Of a stretch of DNA of 64,000 bases, positions 1 through 13,743 are shown in pieces. Location of the stretch: the NCBI GenBank assembly GCA_964016885.1, contig OZ024749.1, positions 43,896,001-43,960,000 on the forward strand, read 5' to 3'. The translations under genes were made by a program, and so were the position numbers. Each line of letters begins with the position of its first letter. Position 1 is the stretch's first letter. The DNA is from Eledone cirrhosa. Lineage: Eukaryota. The notes beneath the pieces were generated by a model. The model was not told the DNA's origin. It did not search any database and worked only from the letters and a program-made list of their open reading frames with translations.

Positions 1-473
1 AGAAAGAGATGAAGAGAAATATATGTGGGAGCAGCAATGGAAATAGTGAGGTCTGCAACGAAGAATTTCTTCCTCCTCCTCCCACCTCCCCTTCCTCTAC
101 CCTAAACGATACCACATGTGGTAGCAGATATAAAATAACAAGTCATGTTGGAAGAAACTTTACTGTAATGTCTGTTAATTAAGACTATATCAACTTTCAT
201 GTAGTAGTAGTAGTGGTGGTGGTGGTGGTAATGAAAGGCCTACAATATGGGGTCTCTCAACCCTCTAGAAATAGCAACATAAGTCACCTTCCCTCTCCCT
301 CCCTACATCTCTATCTATCTGTTTTCACTATCTCAAATCATTCTATACCATTTTTAACCTTTACCTTACAATAATTTCTAAAGAAAGACACCGTCTATGA
401 GTTTCAACTCCTTTTCAATAATAATCAAGTATTTCAAAGGTTTTCATAAAACAACTAACTTTTTTATTATTAA

Positions 474-691
474 CCCTTTAGCATTTACATTACTCTATAT
501 TTACTATTATGTTTTCATGGTAAAGGCTTTACCTTATATAATTGTCTCACGTAATATCGAATCTATGAGATTTTGATATTTGTTTTGAGAACAATACCTT
601 AAGACAAGTATGAGTGGCCAGTTACATCCGGTTTGAAGAGAAAGAAGTGAGAGTATTCTGGCCGGATACGGATGGTTTAAATGATAAAGGG
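474..691. mobile_element. piggyBac-type MITE (~220 bp)
   Basis: TTAA|CCCTTTAGCATTTA ... TAAATGATAAAGGG|TTAA. Further copies lie at about 12197-12666, 22635-22985, 28033-28242, 34076-34298, 36940-37162, 48722-49264, 60948-61164 and 63725-63926. Confidence 0.88.
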
Positions 692-1657
692 TTAAGTTGG
701 TGTTTAGGAATTAGCAAAGTTTCATTACATACAATTCTGATGGAAGATTTGTAAGATAAAATATTGTTTGTATGGACCCATAACTCTTGTGGAGTCTTAG
801 GAACACCATAGTGAAATACAGCATCTCTTGGGCAGTTTTTATACCTCACAGAGCCCATCCTCTCTCTAGGTCTGAAAACAGCTGGTTTCTTCCAGGAGAC
901 GAAAGAGTGGGGGGGGGGGGGAATGAGAAAGAAATATAGGGGAAGAATCGACCTAGTACTGGACTGACATTTTCTTTATTGACCTCAAAAGGATGAAAAA
1001 TAAAGTTGGCCTTGGTGAGTTTTGAACTCACACTACAGAGAACTCAAATGAAAAGAATATATTTAAAAAAATGAGTTTCATGATTCAAATGTTTATGGTA
1101 TCTTTACTAGTGGACTGATTGTTGCAAACATTTGCAGTATTAGAGTAAATATTTCAATTTTTATTACGATGTAGTGAGTCATAATGCTGTTTTTTTTACT
1201 TTTCAAGAATGTCTTGTTAATATGGCTTCATGTGATACAGGATGTTAAGAGTTAGAAACAAAACAAGACAAAACTAAGGACATTCTAGTCACAGTATCAT
1301 GAGAGAGAGAGAGAGAGAGATAAGAAAAATCGGGAGAGACAAGAAAGCTCTAGAGAGAGAAGCTGGTAGCTGGATGGATCCTGATTCAACAAAGCCTGTG
1401 AGCCAATGAAGAGAGAGAGAAAGAGATGGTGTGGGTGCTGTGCTGTACTGTGTGGTGTGGTGTGGTGTGGTGTGGAGTGGAGTGGTGTGGTGTGGTGTGG
1501 TGTGGTGTGGTGTGGTGTATTGTGGTGAGCTCAGCAAGAAAGGCTTCAGCAAATTCATACAGTGTTGTTGTTTATCTGCATTGCTTATTGATTGATTAAC
1601 CAAAGAAACTGCATGAATGCAGAGAATCAATGATCTGAAATAAAGACACAAAGAGTG

Positions 1658-1766
<109 letters not shown>

Positions 1767-2170
1767 ATATATTAATTTAAAATATTAACAAAATAGATAT
1801 TCTTGTGATCAAGTATATTTTATTATACATATTTCAGAGGTACTGAGTTAACTTCAACTAAACTTCAACTAAAATTTTAGTCCAGAATTAGCTTGAGCTC
1901 AGCCGTCGGGGTCCTACTCGTTCCTATTACCCACTCTACTACCCTAAGTATTGAGTACTTTGGTGCGTTATGGTCCATCTGGTTCCTTACCACATTTCCG
2001 TCGTTTATATATATATAGTGGTAGAACACTGGAAGGTAATATCCGTAGTGGTAGAGCACTCAGTCCATGGGACGAGTTAGGTAGAAGTGGTTACACAACA
2101 GTTAGTTCACCATAACGAGAACAATTGTTTCACCTTAGCGGATCCTCAGCTCGTAATATATATATATATG

Positions 2171-2211
<41 letters not shown>

Positions 2212-2607
2212 ATTATATAAATAGATATATATTGATAGATACATATATATCTATTTATTAATAGATACATATGTATATATGTGTGTGTATGTGAGCAGGG
2301 AAAGTGGTCGTTAAAATGCTAATATATCTATATATACATTGATTGATAGAATTATGGATATGTCATCATCGTTGTCATCGTTTAACGTCCAGCTTCCACG
2401 CGAGCATGAGTAGGACGGTCTTGTTCCACTTGATGCAGGATTATTCAGGAGACCGTGTCTCCCTCGTACAGAACTGTCCCTGGCAGCTTTTCTACGGCCG
2501 GATGCCCTTCCTAACACCAACCACATTTACCGTGTCCCCTACACGACCACTTTACAGTAGTGAGAGAGAGAGATATGTAAAACCACAACCACAGTTGGGA
2601 TTTTACA

Positions 2608-2637
<30 letters not shown>

Positions 2638-2639
<2 letters not shown>

Positions 2640-2892
2640 CATCATCATCATCATTTTACGTCCGCTTTTCCCTGCTTGCAAGGGTGGGACGGGAACTGAT
2701 TCTGGCTTGATTTCTACAGCTGGATGCCCTTCCTAACACCAACCTCATTTGCAGTGAGTGCTGGGTGCTTTTTTTCCGTGGCGCCTACATGGCCACTTTA
2801 CAGTGGAATGATAGGGACTGGGGTCCCTATCATCTCATTTCTACAGCTGAGTAAACTGGAGCAATGTGAAATAAAGAGTCTTGCTCAAGGAA
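2638..2892 (-). mobile_element. SINE, same family, 5'-truncated
   Basis: Core and tail are present; the tRNA head is missing and (TA)n follows directly. Confidence 0.85.
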
Positions 2893-3082
2893 AATATATA
2901 TATTTATATATATACACACACACATATATATATATATATTGATATCTACACACACACACACACATGCTAGTGTGGAAAATGGACGTTAAACGCCGATGAT
3001 GATAGTGGTGGTGGTGGTGATGATGATGATAGTGATGATGATGATGATAGCGATGATAATGATGATAGTGATGATGATAATG

Positions 3083-3180
<98 letters not shown>

Positions 3181-3343
3181 GCAAGCGTGGAACACGGACG
3201 TTAAACGATGATGATGATGATATATATATATATATATATCTTCATGATCGTTGCTATTTTTACATCTGCTTTTCTGTGCTGTCATGGAATGGATATGACA
3301 TTACCAGTGTGATTATTCTACATATGTTACTATGCGGAAGTAT

Positions 3344-3376
<33 letters not shown>

Positions 3377-3902
3377 CTAAACTTCAAAGTTACATGATAT
3401 ATTGTTTACACGGGACATAAACAAAAGTTACGACACACTATAAACGGTGTTGATATGAAGATGCATATGGTAAATTAACACACAGGCACACACACACACA
3501 TATCATCATCATCATCATTTTAGGTTTGCTTTCTAAAATCCAAAGAGGACTCACTTAGGGTGAAAGCAGAAATTCATTGCTTAAAATTTGAAACTGTACT
3601 AATAATTAATATATATATATATATATATATATATCAACAGTCGATCGACCTTTGTCAAATCGGGCCGAGGAAACAATGTTTCCATTGGACTTTTCAATTA
3701 CTAATACTATCTATCGGTCGCAACTCCAGGTAAAAGGAGCAACGTGAAATAAAGTGTTTTGCTCAAGGGCAAAACACATCACCCGGTCTAGGAATCAAAC
3801 TCACAACCTCACGATTGCAAGTTCAATTCTCTAACCACTCAGCCACGTGCCTTCATTCCTACCAATTCAACAGCTAAATCCGAACATATATATATATCTA
3901 TA

Positions 3903-4254
3903 TCATCATTTCATTTCATCATCATTTCATTTTACGTCCGCTTTTTCCCTGCTCGCAAGGGTGGGACGGGAACTGATTCTGGCTTGATTTCTACAGCTGG
4001 ATGCCCTTCCTACCACCAACCTCATTTACAGTGAGTGCTGGGTGCTTTTTTTGCCGTGGCACCTCCACAACCACTTTCCAGTGGAATCATATGGACCCCA
4101 GTCTCTATCATCTCATTTCTACAGCTGAGTAAACTGGAGCAATGTGAAATAAAGTGTCTTGCTCAAGGAAACAACACATCACCTGGTCTGAGAATTGAAC
4201 TCACAACCTTTCGATTGCAAGGCCAATGCTCTAACCACTAAGCCATGTGCCTCC
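3903..4254 (-). mobile_element. SINE, same family as 41634-41980
   Basis: Near-identical full-length copy, flanked by (TA)n. Confidence 0.9.
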
Positions 4255-4598
4255 ATATATATATATATATATGGGTTCGGATCTAGCTGTTGAATTGGCA
4301 GGAGCTCAGCCACCAGGGTCCCTGAATTTTTCATATATATTTATATAAAGAAAAAGAGAGAGTGATATAGAGAGGGTGAGAGCATGGGAAGGAGAGATAT
4401 ACACATGACAGGCATCCTTAAAGTTCCCTTCAACCAAAATTCACTCACAAAGCATTCATCAACTCGAGACTATAATAGACGACTATGTCATCATTAATGA
4501 GTCATGTGGTCGGACAGAATATGAAACCACATGGTTGCAAAACAAACTTATTCACTAGACAGCCATAAAAACTTCACTTCAGTGTATTAAACCATTAT

Positions 4599-4632
<34 letters not shown>

Positions 4633-4633
4633 A

Positions 4634-4977
4634 TCATCATCATCATCATCATTTCATTTTATGTCCGCTTTTCCCTGCTCGCAAGGGTGGGACAGGAACT
4701 GATTCTGGCTTGATTTCTACAGCTGGATGCCCTTCCTAACACCAACCTCATTTACAGCGAGTGGTGGGTGCTTTTTTGCCATGGCACCTCCACGACCACT
4801 TTGCAGTGGAATGATATGGACCCCAGTCCTATCATCTCATTTCTACAGCTGAGTAAACTGGAGCAATGTGAAATAAAATGTCTTGCTCAAGGAAACAACA
4901 CATCACCCAGTCTGAGAATTGAACTCACAACCTTTCGATTGCAAGGCCAATGCTCAAACCACTAAGCCATGTGCCTC
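4634..4977 (-). mobile_element. SINE, same family as 41634-41980
   Basis: Full-length copy between (TA)n tracts. Confidence 0.9.
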
Positions 4978-5625
<648 letters not shown>

Positions 5626-5773
5626 TATATATATATGCATTCAAATCACAAGGGACGTATAAGTATATATCTGTGTTTGTCTCTATTGTATTATAAGGCT
5701 CGGAAAATGTTTTCCTTGGGCTACTTTGATTATAAAGGACTAATGTGAGTTTTTAACTCAATATATGCTTTTG

Positions 5774-5805
<32 letters not shown>

Positions 5806-6206
5806 TTATTAAAATAACAGATTTTCGAGCCCTCTTTGGATTTTAGTTTTCAAATTTATTATTATATGTATACGTACATACGTATCAGCCGTACTAAGAG
5901 TGAGAAATGAAATTTTGTTTCATTCTTTTCCACATATATATATATATATACTACAACTAACTTAATAGTTTAGTTCAGGAGAGATATAATCAGCTAAAAC
6001 AACAGGCGCCACATGATATAGATACAGCAATTCTGCTTTGAATAGAATGTATGTACTATGTATGTGTGCATATGTGCATGTACATGTGTATGTGTGTGTT
6101 CACATGTTACATGATATAGATTATTGAAAGAACCTGCTATTTCACTATTAAATAAATATTGAATTTGTTGATTTTATAGACATTGCAGCTATATTAACAC
6201 ACACAT

Positions 6207-6259
<53 letters not shown>

Positions 6260-6328
6260 TATAGTTTTAAAAAAAGCCTGCATGACTAAGTCTTTAGAAA
6301 ATAAATTCAAAATAGGCGGTGCCCCAAG

Positions 6329-6684
6329 ACAAAGACAATGGAAAAAAAACAACAGAAAGACGGAGAGTCCCATATCCTCTGTCAACTTCTGGAAATCACT
6401 ATGGTTTCGGTATTTTAAGGTTGATACCATTATACCAATGCACATTGGGATGCCCTCACACACAGTTTTCTCCCTTCTTTGTCAGTTGACGCACTTGGGG
6501 ATGTTTTCATCTACACATGTGCAATTTGCCTAAAGGCATATCTTGTCGCTACCTGTTTTGTTACGTCTGAAGGTGTACAGGAATGAAAGGTATTGACCTT
6601 AATTACCAAAACCATAGTGATTTCCTGAGGTTGGCTGAAGAAATGGGACTGTCCATCTTTCCAGTGAATTTTCCATAGTCTTTG
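6329..6684. repeat. Diverged inverted-repeat element (old MITE)
   Basis: ggaaatcactatggttt..aaggttgatacc pairs with ggtattgacctt..aaaccatagtgatttcc; arms are ~100 bp. Confidence 0.7.
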
Positions 6685-7632
6685 AACATATATGATTGTG
6701 TGTGTATGTATATATATATATACCAACCCATGCAAGCAGGGAAACCCAATGTTATATAATGATGATGATAGATGAGAGAGAGAGAGAGAGTGTGTGTGTG
6801 TGTGTGTGTTTACATATTATACGGTATAGATTATTGAGAGAGTTTATTATTTCACTATTAAACAGATATTGAATTTATTGATTTTAAATACATAATTGTT
6901 TCTACTTTAGGCACAAGACCAACAAATAACCCAGTGTATTACTGGTACTTTATTTTATCAACCCCATAAGGATGAAAGGCAAAGTTAACCTCGGCGGGAT
7001 TTGAACTCAGAATGGCAAGGGCCGTAACTCTATATGTCAAAGCATGGCGTCCGACCCTCTACCAATACTGCCAATCCACCAATGGTAGAATCACACACAC
7101 ATATATATTAACCCATGCTAGCAGGGAAATGATGATGATGATGTGTGTGTGCAGGCATTTAGCTTAGTGGTTAGAGTATTCAGCTCAGGATCATATTGCA
7201 CGCATGTGTGTATGTGTGTGTTTGTGCATGCATTGAGGGGTGTTGCCATATCTTCATTTCCCATTTGACTCCAACACATACGGTGACATTTGTTTATGTC
7301 CTACATAAACAAAACATCACATGCCCAAGAAATAGGACATGTGACAAACAGTAATACATTGGTACATAATTTGCATGAAAAATAACAAAGGAAAAAAAAA
7401 ACATTGGATGATATCAGAAAGAGCCTCCAGCAGGACAATCTGACCTCTATATATAATACAAAAAGCCTTATACAACCCATGCTGGCATGAGAAAAAATAA
7501 TTGTTTCTATATTTGGCACAAGGCCAGCAATTAAGGCGGGATTTGAACTCAGAATGGCAAGGGCCGTAACTCATCAAAGCATGGCGTCCGACCCCCTACC
7601 GATACTGCCAATCCACCGCCCTTGAGAAAAAA

Positions 7633-7820
7633 TAATTGTTTCTACTTTAGGCACAAGGCCAGCAATTACCCAGTGCATTACTGGTACTTTATTTTATCGA
7701 CCCCGTAAGGATGAAAAGCAAAGTCAACCTCGGCGGGATTTGAACTCAGATCGTAAAGGGACGTAACTATGCTGGAAAGCATGGCGTCCGACCCTCTACC
7801 GATACTGCCAATCCACCGCC
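7633..7820 (-). mobile_element. tRNA-derived Nin-domain SINE (representative copy)
   Basis: The minus strand reads ggcggtggattggcagtatcggtagag...gagttcaaatcccgccgaggttgactttgc.tttcatccttacggggtcgataaaataaagtaccag. Other copies lie near 6892-7080, 7500-7620, 12312-12500, 19716-19820, 32432-32570(+), 35140-35320, 35347-35560(+), 36275-36461, 37597-37702, 45300-45888, 49085-49196 and 50500-50660. Confidence 0.85.
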
Positions 7821-8520
7821 CTTAACAAGAATTGGGAGAGATTTAGTCATAATTTTATGTAAGAACCTTTAAGTGAAATCCCAAACACCAAGGGGAAGAG
7901 GTAAGGGGAAGTGAGGCATCTTGAACCACAAATTGAGAAAAAATAATGACATATAAAACAATGATAGTGTATAAGAGTTTTGACATATATTTGTCAAAGC
8001 ATTTTGTATATACACACTGCCAGATAAAATATCTTTCATATAAACACACACACAGACATTCAACTATACAAAGCTATTTCTTTTAAAATGTTTATATTTA
8101 TCTAAAAACCTTCCATCATAATTTTATGTAAGAACCTTTGTCCTGAACACCAGCTTAATAATGAGAAATTTAGTTACATTACTAAATCTCTCCCAATTCT
8201 TGTTTATATTTATCTAAAAACCTTGCATCATAATTTTATGTAAGAACCTTTGTTAAGTTATGTCCCGAAAACCAGCTTAATAATGAAAAATTTAGTTACA
8301 TTACTAAATTTCTCCCAATTCTTGTTATGTATATAAAAAACTTCCATCATAATTTTATGTCAGAACCTTTGTTAAGTTATGTCCCAAACACCAAGGGCAA
8401 GAGGTAAGGGGAAGTGAGGCATCTTGAACCATAAATTGAGTAGATTTAGTATATTTTGTATAAATGTTGCAAGAATAAAGAATAGCAAACCAAGTAGAGA
8501 GAGTAAAAGCAATAAATAAC

Positions 8521-8558
<38 letters not shown>

Positions 8559-8932
8559 ACAGCGAGAAGACATAAGAGGGTGTTAGATCATGCATGAAAG
8601 TGTCTGGGTGTATGCAACAATGTATATACAAGAGTGAATGAGTGAGTGTGTGTGTGTGTGTACAAGCATATGTGAGTGTGTGTATGTGATATATGCACAA
8701 GGTCATAATGGCCCGTGTGCAATAAAATTAAAATACTCCGAGATACAGGTGTGACAGTGCAACTAATAGCAGCAGTAGTGTTCCAATTGGTACAATCATT
8801 AACGTGCAAGTGGCTGAGTATTCCATAAACACACGTACCCATAGCACAGTTCTCAGGAAGATTCAGCGTGGCACAAAATGTGACACGGCTGGCCCTTCAA
8901 ATTACAGGTACTATACATATACACATATACAC

Positions 8933-9010
<78 letters not shown>

Positions 9011-9230
9011 GTATATACATATCTATATATATGTGTGAGTATGTAATATATATATGTGTGTGTCTGAGTGTCTTTGTTTATGTCCCCATAACTTAGCAGT
9101 TTGACAAATAAAAACCAATAAAACAAATACCAGACTTAAGACCAAATAAGTGCTGAAATCCCCTGGATGGTAGAATCCCCAGGGTAGTGGCAATCTAATG
9201 ACTGAAACTAGTAAGAGAACATAAGAATAC

Positions 9231-9446
9231 CTTCTTGAAAACTCTGCCATTCTGCTGTAATTCGTCCTCGACACTGAGGACCTCTCGTGTTCCTAGACAT
9301 GGTCGAGGTCCATAAAGTTTCACGGCTCGTCGGAACAAATCGTCAACAGTGACACACTCATCCTGGAACAAAGCTGTTGTCAACTCTCCGTTGGGGCATT
9401 CCACGGATCTGTAAGGGGAGTCGGGTGTTCCATGGACCGGTACAGC
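9231..9446 (-). CDS. ACSL4: ACSL3/ACSL4-like, second coding exon (72 codons); later exons not found and probably lie left of the window
   Basis: AVPVHGTPDSPYRSVE...TVDDLFRRAVKLYGPRPCLGTREVLSVEDELQQNGRVFKK matches ACSL3/4 (PGSPYRSV...[22 protein letters not shown]). It has a ttccag| acceptor and a |gtattc donor, and is phase 0 at both ends, in frame with the previous exon. Confidence 0.93.
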
Positions 9447-9689
9447 CTGGAATGGAAAATACATAAAATCATCATCATCCTTACCATCATTAAAATCATC
9501 ATTATCATTATCCTCATCTTCCTTACCATAATCATCACTGTCTAATGTCTATTTTCCATACTTGCATGAGTTAGATGAACTGTCACATTATGGAGAAAAT
9601 CAGGTTAGGTGATCCCATCTTGCTTCTATGCTCTGTTCTTGGGTGAACTGGGCACCTTATGTCGTGGCACAAGTACACCTGCTCTTTAA

Positions 9690-9962
9690 AGGTTTGACTA
9701 GGGGCTTTTTGTTGTGGTGCCAGCACTACTCCCTTACAAGGTAGACTGGGTGCTTTTTATCATAGCACCAGCATTACCACTTTACAAGGTGGACTGGGTG
9801 TTTTTTGTTGTGGTACTAGCACTACCACCTTACAGGGTGGACTGGGTGCTTTTTATCATAGCACCAGCATTACCACTTTACAAGGTGGATTGAGTGTTTT
9901 TGTTGTGGTACTAACACTACCACCATACAAGGTGGACTGGATGCTTTTTGTTGTGGCACCAG
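9690..9962 (-). repeat. Tandem ~47-bp repeats from the RTE/SINE 3' module
   Basis: accactttacaaggtggactgggtgctttttgttgtggcaccagc x ~6; similar arrays lie at 30090-30305 and 32570-32710. Confidence 0.75.
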
Positions 9963-10219
9963 TATGACTGATTTAGGCTAGCCTATAACAATAGGCTCAT
10001 TAGCCTTGATGTTCTATAATTCAGTGTTTTGTTCTAGTGGTATGGGATTACACTACACAGCACGAAACAGACCTGGTGAAACATCTGTAATTCGATGCTT
10101 GCATGAGTTAGCCTTTCTGTCACCCCATCATAATATTTGGTTAGACATATCAAGTGACCAAGTTTAGTTCATATGCTCTGTTCTTGGCCTGGTTTTCTAT
10201 GGCTGGATGTTCTTAAATC

Positions 10220-10426
10220 AGGATGAAATAATCACCAAGTTTATTTGGGAGCCCCTACATGGACACACTAGAAGAGGAAGACCAAGGTTAACGTATATTG
10301 ATGCCCTAAGGACAGACACTGGTCTGTTGGAGATGCAGGACATGGCAGCGATAATGAGGGACAGAGACCGCTGGAGAGAACTCGTCCATGGATCTCGGGA
10401 ATTTTGCCCGCCTTAGATAGATAGAT
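10220..10426 (+). mobile_element. 3' end of an RTE-type LINE with a (TAGA)n tail
   Basis: WEPLHGHTRRGRPRLTYIDALRTDTG...DRDRWR is a typical LINE ORF2 C-terminus; the stop codon runs directly into tagatagatagat. Confidence 0.75.
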
Positions 10427-10894
10427 ATATCATCATCATCATCATCGTTTAACGTCCATATTCCACGCTTGCAAGGGTCTGGACGGGAGTTTTCCAACTT
10501 GAGGCAAGAGTGGTTGTGGTTGTCTTGCTCGCATAGGACTGTCTGGCTGGATGCCCTTCCTAACACTAATGTGTGTGTGTGTGCGTGTGCGCGCGCGCGT
10601 GCGTGCGTGCGTGCGTGCGTGTGTGTGTGTGTGTGTGTGAATATCCAAGGGTAAGAGCATTCAGTCCCTGGGACGAGTTAAGTATAATTTTATATGACAG
10701 GCTAAATGAGATGGGGTGTACAACCCAATGAAACTTAAGTGCCTGTATATGTCGCTGTTGTAACTAATTATGTATATATATATATATATATATATATAGA
10801 TAGATATCTACCAGGAGCTAGACATATCGAGGGATTGACGAAGTAAAACACACTTCAACAACATGTGTACCTGTCCTTCCCACACCAATTCGGA

Positions 10895-10947
10895 CTGCCT
10901 GAAGAGGTCACAGCCAATGATGGCTGTCACCAAAATATATATAGCAG
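10895..10947 (+). ncRNA. Degenerate type I hammerhead ribozyme
   Basis: ctgc-CTGAAGA-ggtcacagcca/atga/tggctgtcacc-AAAA-tatata-TA-gcag; GAAA is mutated to AAAA. Confidence 0.6.
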
Positions 10948-11005
10948 CATATCTATAATTTGTAATAAACGAAGCCAAATTTTACATATTTGACTTAATT
11001 ATTTT

Positions 11006-11036
<31 letters not shown>

Positions 11037-11058
11037 CAAGAAATTACTCGTAGCCTAC

Positions 11059-11193
11059 CTTGATCCGCTTGGAAGCTTTTAACTTCTCTACTGGCCTACA
11101 CACCAGGTAGTATGGAATGAATGTCACCACGCCATATATATTAACAATGGCCTTGAAGAAGCCAAAAATTATATTGAAAAGAACGTCATTCAT
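11059..11193 (-). CDS. ACSL4: Long-chain-fatty-acid--CoA ligase (ACSL3/ACSL4-like), first coding exon
   Basis: Translates MNDVLFNIIFGFFKAIVNIYGVVTFIPYYLVCRPVEKLKASKRIK, resembling the hydrophobic N-terminus of ACSL3/4 (..FIPWYFL..AKRIK). The exon starts at 11216 after a pyrimidine tract ending ttttcag and ends at AAG|gtaggc (phase 0). Invertebrates have a single ACSL3/4 co-ortholog, so the symbol is approximate. Confidence 0.88.
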
Positions 11194-11651
11194 CTCATTG
11201 CTGAAAGTAAACACACCTGAAAAGGAAGAAAAAAATAAAGGTGATTAGTGAGAATGGAGTCTTATGAAATCACCAAATAAGTTGAAGTGTTAGTATCAGA
11301 CAAAATGATTAATAGTATTTAATCTGAATCCTTGCATTCTGAGTTCAAATCCTGCAAATGTCAGAGAGGTGTTGTTGTTGTCGTTGGTGATGGTGGTGGT
11401 GGTGGTGGTGGTGAGAAGGAAGGAAGAGGAGGATGAAGAGAGAAAAATGTGATTAATCCACAGAATCTTTTTTTTTTTTACATGAGTGAAATGTAGGCTT
11501 ACAGTGGGGGATACACACACACACACACACACACAGCCATGCATACTTGCACTTAAACAAAGCCAAGTCTGTCGTAACATCTCAATCTATCCAAAATGAA
11601 ATTTATACCTAGATAAGGCAAACTACTTTCTTCTCGGTTTTTATATTTTCT

Positions 11652-11730
<79 letters not shown>

Positions 11731-13743
11731 ACACACATAATACATATATGTGTGTGTGTGTGTGTGCGTATATATATTTGTTGATTTTCATGAGACTTTG
11801 AGATCTAGGTCTTTCTGTCATAATTAGATAACTTAATACCTCACCACACTACCCACTGGATACATACACTTAAACAGATCTTTATGTATTTGGTTTCAGA
11901 AACTAGGAAAGTGACATCAGAAAACATAGTTATTGACTTAACAAAATGTGTGTCTTTTATCATATGATTTAAATATATGTAAATAAGACCATTATTTCTC
12001 CAATCAGTAAACACCCTAAGCCTAACGCCAACCTGTACTTATATATCCTGCCAAACCAAACCACACTCACCATCCAACTTCAGCAAATCAAACGTGAACC
12101 ACCCATATTCCCAAACATGGCTTACATAACTGGACTGCAACAGCCACCAAATGGGGAAGAGAGATGTTATCAAGCATTTATTTATTTCATTGTTAACCTT
12201 TTAGCATTTAAACCGGCCATGTTCGGTCAGAATTCTCTCTCTTTTTTTGGTTCAAACTGGCTGTAACTGGCAACTCATACTGATGTGAAGGTATTGTTCT
12301 CAAAATAAATAATTGTTTCTACTATTGGCACAAGGCCAGCAATTATCCCAGTACATTACTGGTACTTTATTTTATTGACCCCGTAAGGAAGAAAGGCAAA
12401 GTTAACCTCGGCGGGATTTGAACTCAGAATGGCAAGGGCCGTAACTCTATGCGTCAAAGCATGGCGTCCGACCCTCTACCGATACTGCCAACTCACCGCC
12501 CCAAATAAATAATATCAAAATCTCATAGATTCAATATTATATCTCTGAGATTTTGATATTATTTACTTTGAGAACAATACCTTAACATCAGTATGAGTGG
12601 CCGGTTACAGCCAATTTGAACAAAAAAAAAGTGAAAGAATTATGGCCGGATTAAATGCTACCAGGGTTAACAATGAAATACTAATTTTAGTAAATCCTTC
12701 CAAATCCTTCATTAACTACTATATTTGACAGCTTATAAGATGCATTTTTTCAACAAAAAATGTCCCAGAAAATCACACTGTCTGATAAGGTCAATGGTAA
12801 CTCTTTCCTAAAACAGAGCTACAATTTTAATAAATTTTATGATGAATAAAAGAAATTTATTTTCACTTAAAAATGTACTAAATATTTCAAGAAAAAATAC
12901 AATACAGAGAATGAAGTAAATATATTTTCACACTTCCTTATGTTTTAAAAGTATACTAAAATATTACAACTAGAATGATAATAAAAAAAAAAAAATACGA
13001 TGTAAAAACCTTACAGCTTCACCTGACATTTGTAGTTTAAACCTATTTATTTATTTATTTATTTATTTTAAATGCCTGTACAAATTGAGGTGCATTTTAT
13101 AAGCCATCAAATACAGTAATTGAAATACAAGAGTATGTCATTAGAAATATGGTGCTGCAAAGGTTAAAAGAAGCAGTTTTCTAGAGTAGAACCAGATGGT
13201 TTCAGATGGTTTGCTATCAAATTGTTTAACACCACCACCTGGACTTTGGGCATTTTTAGTAGAGTGTAGTCTATTGCAAGCATCTGGGACAGATCTTTGA
13301 TCAGAGGATAAAATTCTGTCTTTTCCACTTTCCAGTCTCTGAAACCTTTCAAAAAAGATCACAGGTACTGCACTGGCCTTCATTTTCTAACTAAGCCATT
13401 AAAACATACAGTAGTATAGTTAATATGATGCATTGTGAGATACGTAGTAAATAACTAATAAGTATTTCAGAAAGTCAGTACAATGCAGTAGAATTATATA
13501 AGCAGAGTGTAATACTACTAATAATAAAAAGATCATTACATTTATTGAATAAATGTAATAAAGATGTAAACCTTGTCCTTTTTTTATTATTATTAGTATA
13601 TATATGTGTATATATATAAGTATTTCCGTGGAAAAGGTAAAGGAAAGAAGAGTGCTCTATGTGTAGTACAGAGCTATTTGATTATCAGATGCTTCTGTTA
13701 GAATCGTCTAACTTCGTGAAACCTTGGGTATGGAATAATTATA

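Noticed and set aside
622-1651. Search for the next ACSL exon (LILGxYxW...) among short ORFs and acceptor-like sites
   Set aside because: No ACSL similarity in the frames I examined; the exon probably lies left of the window.
13141-13383. 80-aa ORF in non-repetitive sequence
   Set aside because: No recognisable motif or convincing splice sites; possibly an old transposon remnant.
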